Below, in pieces: positions 24,329 to 32,075 of a stretch of DNA of 32,075 nucleotides. Below the pieces are notes generated by a model that saw nothing but the letters and a program-made list of their open reading frames with translations, did no database searches and was not told the origin of the DNA. Made by a program: the position numbers and the translations under genes. Source of the DNA: a virus (Duplodnaviria; Caudoviricetes); the IMG/VR virus record IMGVR_UViG_3300046786_000340, positions 1 to 32,075 of that record; one strand, 5' to 3'. Numbering within the stretch: position 1 is the stretch's first letter; the number at the start of each line of letters is the position of its first letter.

Positions 24329-24607
24329 ATGGGTTTACATCCTTGGGAGCTTGACGAGTACACTATGGAGCAATTTGTAGCCAAGCGAAAAGGATTCATG
24401 AAGCGCGAATTATCTGAGTGGCATAGGGTTAGATTTGTGGCCTATTATTCGGCTGTAGGTTATTTGAAGAAAGGCACAAAGATGAGCGATTTGTTGGAAC
24501 TTCCAGGCGATCCTAAACGGTTAAAGGACTTGAAAGGTGAGGAGCTAAAAGAGTGGTATGAGAAAAGAAAACAATTAGAAATTAAAGCAGGTTTAAGAGA
24601 TGGCTGA
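24329..24607 (+). CDS. Second tail assembly chaperone (gpT-like); frame open from 24239
   Basis: ...WSELLAEAYGEMGLHPWELDEYTMEQF... pattern typical of gpT regions; overlaps the tape measure start. Confidence 0.65.
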   Translation: MGLHPWELDEYTMEQFVAKRKGFMKRELSEWHRVRFVAYYSAVGYLKKGTKMSDLLELPGDPKRLKDLKGEELKEWYEKRKQLEIKAGLRDG

Positions 24608-26231
24608 TAATGAAATAAAGATAATTATTGGGTCTGATACTTCAGGACTTGATGATGGAGCAAAAAAAGCCGTCAAAGCGCTTGATAATGTTAAAAAAGC
24701 ATCAGGTTCTGCAACTTACGCTTTAACAAATTTAGGAAGAGTCGTACAAGATGCTCCGTTTGGATTTATTGGTATTGCTAATAACATTGACCCATTACTA
24801 TCTTCATTTCAACAACTTAAAAAAGAGTCTGGAAGTGTTGGAGGAGCCTTAAAATCATTAGGCTCTTCTTTGTTAGGTGGAGGTGGAATTTCTTTAGCAG
24901 TTTCGCTTGCAACTTCTGCGCTTGTAGTTTTTGGTGATAAATTATTTTCAACTTCTGAAAAAACTGATACAGCCGCTGAATCTGCTAAAAAATACAAAGA
25001 AGAAGTAGATGCTATTAAGGATTCTATAACAAAAGAGGCAATATCTATTGAAAAACTTGTACGTTTTGCTAATGATGAAAACACAAGTAGAGCTGATAGA
25101 TTAGCAGCTATTAAAAAACTTAAAGATATTGCTCCTGAATATTTTGGAACTCTTAATGCAGAAAAAACAACAGTACAAGAATTATCTAATGCTTATTCTA
25201 ATTTTAGTAGTAATATACAAAATAGCATTAGAGCTAAATTATTTGGTAAACAACTTGAAGATGTAACTAAAAAAAGACTTGATTTAGAAGAAAAAATTTA
25301 TTTTGTAGGAGAGGAAGAAGTAGCTATTAATGGAAAACTTGTTAAAGTTCGCAATGTAGATATGCGAACACAAAAAGAAAAGTTAATAGATAAAAATAAA
25401 TATTTAGAATTATTAAATCAAGAAAAGCAATTAATTGATAAAATAAATTCATTAACTAAGCCAATTGAAGGTGAAAGCAAGGCAAATGAAGATTTAATAA
25501 ATAAAAGAAAAAAAGCTGCTGAAGATGCGGCTAAAGAACAAAGAAAAATTGAAGAAGAGCAACAAAGGGAAAGATTAGCAAGACTTGAACGTGTTAAAAT
25601 TGCAAGTGAAAAAATTACTCTAAAAGGTTTAACTGTTGATATTGACCCTGGTAAAATTGGTGATTTATCTAAATTATTTGGAAAAGCAGGAAATCCTATA
25701 TTAAAACAAATTGAAGCATTACAAGCCGCTGGGAAACAAGTAAATGATACTTTTGTAAACATTGGAAACACAATAACACAAATTTTATCGCCAGCTTTTC
25801 AATCTGCTTTTGATTCTATACTTTCAGGTTCTCAAAATGCTTTTCAAGCATTTGGTCAAGCAATTGCAGGTGTAATAAAGAAATTAATTGCAGCGGCTGC
25901 GACTGCCGCTTTATTGGCTGTAATTATTGCGGCTGCGACAGGGGGTACAAATTTTGGTGCTGGTGTTGGAGCAGAAGTTGGTAATTTTTCAGCAGGGTTT
26001 AAGGCTTTATTCAGTCAATTAGGCGGCTTTAAATTCGCAGACGGTGGCATTGTAACCGGCCCAACACGCGCCTTAATCGGTGAGGCAGGCCCTGAGGCGG
26101 TTATACCATTATCGAAGTTGGATAACATCGTTGGAGGCAATCAAAACATCTTTGTAACAGGAATCTTGAGCGGTGAAAATATTTACTTACAACAGCAACG
26201 AACAAGCGCGCGGAGGAGTAGATTTGTATAA
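24600..26231 (+). CDS. Tail tape measure protein
   Basis: Ala/Gly-rich helical protein, QDAPFGFIGIANNI, C-terminal FADGGIVTGPTRALIGEAGPEAVIPL. Confidence 0.88.
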   Translation: MADNEIKIIIGSDTSGLDDGAKKAVKALDNVKKASGSATYALTNLGRVVQDAPFGFIGIANNIDPLLSSFQQLKKESGSVGGALKSLGSSLLGGGGISLAVSLATSALVVFGDKLFSTSEKTDTAAESAKKYKEEVDAIKDSITKEAISIEKLVRFANDENTSRADRLAAIKKLKDIAPEYFGTLNAEKTTVQELSNAYSNFSSNIQNSIRAKLFGKQLEDVTKKRLDLEEKIYFVGEEEVAINGKLVKVRNVDMRTQKEKLIDKNKYLELLNQEKQLIDKINSLTKPIEGESKANEDLINKRKKAAEDAAKEQRKIEEEQQRERLARLERVKIASEKITLKGLTVDIDPGKIGDLSKLFGKAGNPILKQIEALQAAGKQVNDTFVNIGNTITQILSPAFQSAFDSILSGSQNAFQAFGQAIAGVIKKLIAAAATAALLAVIIAAATGGTNFGAGVGAEVGNFSAGFKALFSQLGGFKFADGGIVTGPTRALIGEAGPEAVIPLSKLDNIVGGNQNIFVTGILSGENIYLQQQRTSARRSRFV

Positions 26232-28561
26232 TGGCTTACGAACTTACATACACAGCAAATTTTACCAACGAACAGAATCAGCTTGTTGAGGTCAATATTT
26301 ACGAGCTTGACCCTGATGTAATCCCTACAAGTGCTGAAAATTATCAAGTTACTTCGCTTAAAATTTCAGCCAATAGTGAAGATCAAGATTTATATGCTAC
26401 AATTATAAGTAAAGAATTACAGTTAGGTTTGTGGTGTGAATCTTCACAAGTACTTACTTGGGAGTCGTTTATTAGTTACGAGTATACAAAATGGAAAATA
26501 ACAGTAGATATTGATTCTGTCAATATGTTTACTGGATTCTTAACACCAGAAGAATCCTATGGGCCGCTACAAGATAAGCCTTATGAAATAATACTTACAG
26601 CTACTGATGGACTTGGCCTATTAAAAGGATACGAACTTAGAAAAGTTAATGGAGATAAATTTAATGCTCTTCATTATTTGAAGGATTACATAGCAGGTGC
26701 ATTGTACAAAACTGGTTTAGATTTAGATATAAAAATTTATTCTTGCTTATTTTATAATGGTAATTTAGATAAGGGAGATGGTTTGCAATATGATATGTTC
26801 AACCAAAATAAAGTGAATTGGAGAACATTTCTTAAAGATTCTACTACTTATGAAAATTGTTATGATTCTTTAAAGATACTACTTGGTGGATGGTGTTCAA
26901 TTGTTCAGCATGAAGGAAAGTGGCAAATAATGCTACTTAGTGAACGCCAATATGTCCCTGATAAATGGTATTGGGTTAATTATGATTATACAGGAACTTA
27001 TGATACAAGTGGTTATGTAACATCTATTAGCAGCGATGTAGGCAAGGATGAAGAAATGTATGCTATCAATGAAAATCAAGTTATAAGTAGCAGGGTAGCA
27101 TATAAACAAAGCAAAACAATTTATTACTATGAATCGCCTCAAGAATTAATTATTAATTCTAATTTACAAAACTTAGGTAACTTTTTATCTGGGCTTTCAG
27201 GTACATATAATAGAGCATATGCGCTTTACGAGTGGTCAAGGTGGCAAAATGCTTTAAATGTAAAAACTGCTTATAGTGGTTCAGGCCCAGATTATATAAA
27301 TGTTGAAATAGATGAATTTGGTAATCAAACTGATAGATACTTTGCTGTTGAAGGTGATTTAACTACATTTAAATTTATTCAAAATAATAACGATGACTTT
27401 TATGTAGATGAAAGCGACAAAATAACTATAGGTATTTCAATGCGCATGAAATTAAATGGTGCGCTTGGTGGTGAAATGCTTAGCTCATCCGGTTGGACTA
27501 CAACAGGCTGGAGCGGTTCTTTTGCAGGTGGTTTTACTCATAATATTGGGAATACATCAACGCTAAGTAACAGCGTTTCAGCAACAGCAAATAATTACTA
27601 CAAAGTAACTTTAACTATTACAGGAAGAACAAATGGAGCTGTAGATATTGGTTTTGGAGGAGGCAGTGTTAAGGATATAACACATAGCGGACAATATGAA
27701 TTAAAAACTTCAAGTACTGCTGGTTTTTCAATAACACCTACAAGTTCTTTTGATGGTACTATAGTAATTTCATTAAAATTAATTACCATATCAAGCGGAT
27801 ACGCTTTAAGACCTATTTTATCAGTTCAAAGGGACGGAACAGATGGGACAAGTGTTTATGATTATTATACACTAAATACTAATGGAGCTTGGATTAATGA
27901 TGTAGCATTTTATTTTACTTATCTTGATCCTGCCAATGACGATGTAACACAATGGAAAAATGTAACTATTGAAGCAGCTAATTTTCCTGTGAGTGGTATT
28001 GTAAAACTTTCTCTTTATGCTTGGAATGTTGATGGTGGTAATATAGCAGAATACAAAGACATAAAAGTAACTTACATTCCTTATGTAAGAGGTTCATATC
28101 AGGAACTACTTGGAGATTACCATCTTAATGCACAAACAACAAATTACCCTGATAAATTTGAGCAAGAAGTTAAAATTTCTGATTCTCCAAAGCGTATTAT
28201 TAAGGGTGCCATGTTTGCTGATTTATCAGGCACAAATTACCTAATTAAAACAAGTTGGTATAGGTATCCAAATAGTGAAGTATTGAATTTTAAGCAAGCT
28301 GTAAACTATGGAAGATACAATCAGGGCTATCGTAGATTCTATAAAATAGAGGGAGATTTTACAGCATTAACAAATTTAAGTTTGCATAAACAATACAGAT
28401 TTGTAGATTTAACGCCTGATAGGTGGTTTGTTATATTACCATCGCTTGAAATGAATTTAATAACCGGAAATAGTCAGGTTGTTTTTGTTGAAGTCAAAAA
28501 GGACTCCAACGATGGCACACAAACAGGAACAACAGACGAATTTAACTATATTTTTAAATAA
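26231..28561 (+). CDS. Tail tip / hub-type structural protein
   Basis: 776 aa directly after the tape measure, LTATDGLGLLK motif; contains a Gly/Ser/Thr-rich beta insert at ~27470-27790. Confidence 0.65.
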   Translation: MAYELTYTANFTNEQNQLVEVNIYELDPDVIPTSAENYQVTSLKISANSEDQDLYATIISKELQLGLWCESSQVLTWESFISYEYTKWKITVDIDSVNMFTGFLTPEESYGPLQDKPYEIILTATDGLGLLKGYELRKVNGDKFNALHYLKDYIAGALYKTGLDLDIKIYSCLFYNGNLDKGDGLQYDMFNQNKVNWRTFLKDSTTYENCYDSLKILLGGWCSIVQHEGKWQIMLLSERQYVPDKWYWVNYDYTGTYDTSGYVTSISSDVGKDEEMYAINENQVISSRVAYKQSKTIYYYESPQELIINSNLQNLGNFLSGLSGTYNRAYALYEWSRWQNALNVKTAYSGSGPDYINVEIDEFGNQTDRYFAVEGDLTTFKFIQNNNDDFYVDESDKITIGISMRMKLNGALGGEMLSSSGWTTTGWSGSFAGGFTHNIGNTSTLSNSVSATANNYYKVTLTITGRTNGAVDIGFGGGSVKDITHSGQYELKTSSTAGFSITPTSSFDGTIVISLKLITISSGYALRPILSVQRDGTDGTSVYDYYTLNTNGAWINDVAFYFTYLDPANDDVTQWKNVTIEAANFPVSGIVKLSLYAWNVDGGNIAEYKDIKVTYIPYVRGSYQELLGDYHLNAQTTNYPDKFEQEVKISDSPKRIIKGAMFADLSGTNYLIKTSWYRYPNSEVLNFKQAVNYGRYNQGYRRFYKIEGDFTALTNLSLHKQYRFVDLTPDRWFVILPSLEMNLITGNSQVVFVEVKKDSNDGTQTGTTDEFNYIFK

Positions 28562-29256
28562 TGGCAGAACCAGTTTTAGGCAGTAATGCCATCATGAGAA
28601 TATTTAAGAATGGAGCTTATCGCGACTTTGTTTGTGCGACTGATATATCCATCGAATTTACTACAGAACTCAAGCCTACCAAAACAGTAGGCGATGGAGT
28701 TTGGAAACGCTACAAGCCACAATCCTTGGGCTATACGGTGAGCCTTAACGGAGTGATGAAGCTAAACGAAACGGATGCAGCCGCTTTTGATTTGTTGGCT
28801 GAGCAAATCGCCTTCCATGAGGTACTATTTAGAATCACCTTTGAAGATTCAATCAGCAACGTTAAGGCAATTTTTGGTAGCGGTGTGATAGAGTCAAGTT
28901 CCTTCAACGGCCCAACGGAAGGATTTACTACAGAATCGTTCAAAATAACCGGTACTGGGGAGCCTGATATTTTTGATACAAAAACACCATGCACAGCTAC
29001 TTTGTCGGCTAACATTAGCACCAGGGCGGACGATCCTGCTCATAACTATCAGATAAATATCACAGCATCGAGCAGCGGCTGCGATTCTATAGGCTATTCC
29101 ATCAATGGTGCGCCTGTTGTTATTACAGATTGGACAGGCGGAACAACTGGACTTATTCCGATACAGCTTTCAAGTGGCAGCAATACAATTTATGTAATCC
29201 CAATTTGCACAAACGGACTTTTTGCTACAGCTGTAACCTTGACACAAACAGTGTAA
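28561..29256 (+). CDS. Second tail-tube-like protein with C-terminal Ig-like extension
   Basis: FVCATDISIEFTTE...GVWKRYKP...YTVSLNG...ESFKITGTG resembles TP901-1-type tube proteins. Confidence 0.6.
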   Translation: MAEPVLGSNAIMRIFKNGAYRDFVCATDISIEFTTELKPTKTVGDGVWKRYKPQSLGYTVSLNGVMKLNETDAAAFDLLAEQIAFHEVLFRITFEDSISNVKAIFGSGVIESSSFNGPTEGFTTESFKITGTGEPDIFDTKTPCTATLSANISTRADDPAHNYQINITASSSGCDSIGYSINGAPVVITDWTGGTTGLIPIQLSSGSNTIYVIPICTNGLFATAVTLTQTV

Positions 29257-29308
29257 AATAAATTGGCCTAATTAGGGTGCAATTGATAAAATTTAAGTTA
29301 TTTCGATT

Positions 29309-31990
29309 ATGGCAGCGTTCAATAAATTTAACTCATTCGTCGAAGCACTTGCTGAAGGGTACCATAACCTTGGAAGCGATGTGTTAAAAATAATGCTTAC
29401 CGATACGCTGCCTGTTGCAACCGATTTAGACACTGCGGATATTATTGAAATCGATGAGGTTAACGGATACGCAGCTGGAGGTATTGTAATAAATAACGTT
29501 AGCAGCACTCAAACGGATGGAGTTTATAAACTTGTTTTAGCAGATGCTACGTTGTCAGCTTTTGGTGGTGATATTGGGCCTTTCAGATTTGCAGTAATTT
29601 ATAACAGTGACAATGATTTGTTGATTGGTTGGGCTGATTATGGTGAAGAATTAACGCTTTTAAACGGTAATTCGCTTGTATTTGATTTTGATCAGGTATT
29701 AGGAGTTATTCAAATCGGTTCAGGCGGTGGACAAGCTGAAACATTAGCAACACCTACCAATTTTGAAGTACAAATAGCATCACCATCCGCTTTGCAGCTT
29801 ATTTGGGATGCAGTAACCGGGGCCAACAACTATATAATTGAAAGGTCAGTTGATGGGGTTACTTCGTGGACAGTAATTTACATGGATGATGTGGTAGGCT
29901 TTACAGATAGTGGACTATCTGCCGCAACTTTGTATTATTACCGGATTCATTGCACAGGTTCAGGTTATTTTGATTCTGATTACGCTTACTTAACCGGTAC
30001 AACATCATCGGCTACAATTCCACTCGATGAAGCTATTTTAATTTTACAAGTTGGTCAATCCAATGCTGTAGGCCGTGCGGATGCTGACCCAGCTCATGAG
30101 GTAGCCGTACCAGATGGAGTTTATGAATATAAACCTAATATAAACGATATTCTTCCATTAGCTGACCCTACGGGGATGGTTGGAGACAATTCAAGGGCCA
30201 CTGTGCGCTCCATGAATCCTAATCTTGGAAAAATATTGGTCGAAGGTTTAAATAAAGCGGTAATAATAATTCCTGCGGCTGTAGGGAATACATCTATTGT
30301 CACATGGATTAATACTTCAAGTTCATTATATACAACAGCACTAAGCAGGTGGAATGCTGCTAAGGCTTTTTGTGCTGCTAATGGAATTACTATTATTGGA
30401 GCCTATGCACATTGGTTGCAAGGTGAGAATGATGCCGGTGCGATGGATACGGATACCTATCTTGTGAATTTGAATACTATGGTAGATTTGCTGACTGAAA
30501 ATTTCAGCATTGATAAAGTTTTTGCAACGAGAATAGGTTATGACCCAAATTACACATCAGCTGCGAATAGTGAAAAAATAATGAATGCCATCAAGTTACT
30601 GAACTATTCTAAAGATAGTTTGATTGTGGATTCATTTGCTCCTTCAACTTTTACTACAGGTAATAGCAAAATGAAATCAGATGGAGTGCATTATACTGTT
30701 ATTGGACTCAATGAAACAGGCGAAGATGTGGCCGATAGTGTTATAAATTATCGGAGCAATAATAAAAAAACAATTTTAACGGAGAATGTTACAGCTTTGC
30801 AGGATCCTGTTGGATATTATGACGATATTTATCTATTTAGGTCGCTGACTCCACTTTTAAATAATACAGGATACAAAGAGTTGTTTGATAGAAATAATCT
30901 AACACTATCAAGCGGAAGTCCAAATTATAACGGAATATATGGTTTAACAATTCCAGGTTCTACTCCATTAACACCTGCAACGGTTAGAACATTAACTAAT
31001 ACGCATGATTGGTCGATTGATGTAACTTTTAGGATGGATGGCATATCTTCAGGAATGCTTATTACCGGTCGAAGTTCAGGCAATTGGGCGAATGACTGGT
31101 TGTGGATTTCAGGAGCTTCATCAATACAACTAAACGGTAATGGAGTAACTAAAACAGTTAGTTTAACCGGTGCAAATTTTAATCAATTGAGCAATTTGGT
31201 CATAACTTATGCTTATCTGACCAACACTGTGAATGTATATTACAACAGTGTACTTAAATCAACTTTTACTGATTGGGTATTTTCATCATTTAGATTAGAA
31301 TCAATTGCAAGGGGATATCAAACAACACCAACGACAGAAATTTTCAAAGGTGTTATTGAAAGAGTAAGAATAGTCAAAAAGACTTTGGCATCTTGGGAAT
31401 TTGACCGCTCACCAAATTTTACAGTTAGTCCATCTTACGACTGGCAATTTGATTTTAATGGCACAATCAATGAATTAAACGGTGATGTATCAACTGCAAT
31501 GAAGTTGTACACAACTAACGCGGATACATTACCTGTATTTGATGCCAACGGATTAGTATTTGACCAATCGGCTTATTTGAGATTTGGACAGCAATTGGAA
31601 TTATCTGGTGATTTTATAATAGAATTCAGATTAAAAGATACAACCGGAACAGGTCAGAAGGATATTGCTCGAGGTGGCACTACTCCAGGAAATCCAGCTG
31701 GATCAATTATTAATTTGGATGGTTCGCCTCACTCATTATTTTATTTATACACTCCAACAGGAACAACTAACTGGGCTTTAGGAAGTGGTTTTGTAACAAC
31801 AACTTTTCACACTTACAAAATAGTTCAAAATACAACTGCATCAACATTGGAACTATTTATTGATGGAGTTAGCAAAGGCACTAAAGCAATTAAAACAGGA
31901 TTCACTTTATCTACTTTAGGAGGTGGTAATCCTCAAAGTACTGGACTTATTGGAACGATTGATTATTTCAATGTTAAAAATAGTATATGA
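29309..31990 (+). CDS. Multidomain tailspike-like protein: structural N-domain, FN3, SGNH/SASA acetylesterase, two LamG/ConA-like domains
   Basis: FN3 (TPTNF...LIWDAV...YYYRI); esterase blocks GQSNA, WLQGEND and DGVH; lectin-like repeats (WSIDVTFR / FIIEFRLK...LFIDG). Confidence 0.8.
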   Translation: MAAFNKFNSFVEALAEGYHNLGSDVLKIMLTDTLPVATDLDTADIIEIDEVNGYAAGGIVINNVSSTQTDGVYKLVLADATLSAFGGDIGPFRFAVIYNSDNDLLIGWADYGEELTLLNGNSLVFDFDQVLGVIQIGSGGGQAETLATPTNFEVQIASPSALQLIWDAVTGANNYIIERSVDGVTSWTVIYMDDVVGFTDSGLSAATLYYYRIHCTGSGYFDSDYAYLTGTTSSATIPLDEAILILQVGQSNAVGRADADPAHEVAVPDGVYEYKPNINDILPLADPTGMVGDNSRATVRSMNPNLGKILVEGLNKAVIIIPAAVGNTSIVTWINTSSSLYTTALSRWNAAKAFCAANGITIIGAYAHWLQGENDAGAMDTDTYLVNLNTMVDLLTENFSIDKVFATRIGYDPNYTSAANSEKIMNAIKLLNYSKDSLIVDSFAPSTFTTGNSKMKSDGVHYTVIGLNETGEDVADSVINYRSNNKKTILTENVTALQDPVGYYDDIYLFRSLTPLLNNTGYKELFDRNNLTLSSGSPNYNGIYGLTIPGSTPLTPATVRTLTNTHDWSIDVTFRMDGISSGMLITGRSSGNWANDWLWISGASSIQLNGNGVTKTVSLTGANFNQLSNLVITYAYLTNTVNVYYNSVLKSTFTDWVFSSFRLESIARGYQTTPTTEIFKGVIERVRIVKKTLASWEFDRSPNFTVSPSYDWQFDFNGTINELNGDVSTAMKLYTTNADTLPVFDANGLVFDQSAYLRFGQQLELSGDFIIEFRLKDTTGTGQKDIARGGTTPGNPAGSIINLDGSPHSLFYLYTPTGTTNWALGSGFVTTTFHTYKIVQNTTASTLELFIDGVSKGTKAIKTGFTLSTLGGGNPQSTGLIGTIDYFNVKNSI

Positions 31991-32075
31991 CTTTCTTAGA
32001 TAGAATAAAAGAAACTTCCACTTCAACCGGTACAAGTACTTTTACTTTGTCCGGTGCTGCAGTTGGATATAAGGC
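31987..32075 (+). CDS. Start of a tail-fibre-associated protein, 3'-truncated
   Basis: MTFLDRIKETSTSTGTSTFTLSGAAVGYK; DR(V/I)KET N-terminus typical of phage fibre genes; ATGA overlap. Confidence 0.7.
   Translation, partial: MTFLDRIKETSTSTGTSTFTLSGAAVGYK

Noticed and set aside
1685-30303. All minus-strand ORFs in the track (e.g. 4140-4568, 13463-13777, 18502-18987, 25418-25771)
   Set aside because: They shadow well-supported + strand genes and show no recognisable motifs.
1-32075. Diversity-generating retroelement, invertase shufflon or alternative genetic code
   Set aside because: No reverse transcriptase or site-specific recombinase and no TR/VR-like repeat seen; long genes are intact in the standard code and all three stop codons terminate genes.

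Overview
Most of the genome of a tailed dsDNA phage (siphovirus-like, HK97-type head). The host is probably a Bacteroidota species, judged from TTTG-N20/21-TAnnTTTG promoters, the absence of obvious Shine-Dalgarno motifs and a BT4734/VirE-type primase-helicase. All credible genes lie on the + strand and both window ends fall inside tail-fibre-type genes, so the sequence looks circularly permuted. Order: tail fibre (5' partial) > membrane-protein/spanin/endolysin lysis cassette > terminator > early accessory genes (double MazG-like protein, PAPS-reductase-like protein, GNAT) > RecT-like recombinase > a ~500 bp non-coding, hairpin-dense region with anticodon-defective tRNA-like elements and repeated motifs > second tRNA-like element > SSB-like, VRR-NUC, primase-helicase with a structured leader > iteron-type origin > terminase, portal, gp7/MuF, protease, capsid, neck, tail tube, chaperones, tape measure, tail proteins, and an SGNH esterase/lectin tailspike-like protein. 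No integrase, repressor, DNA polymerase, CRISPR array or reverse transcriptase is visible. The most unusual part is the RNA-level layer at 10277-12620: tRNA mimics lacking a normal anticodon arm, repeated RNA motifs, a pseudoknot before the SSB gene and an attenuator-like primase leader. Family assignments come from motif recognition, not database searches.
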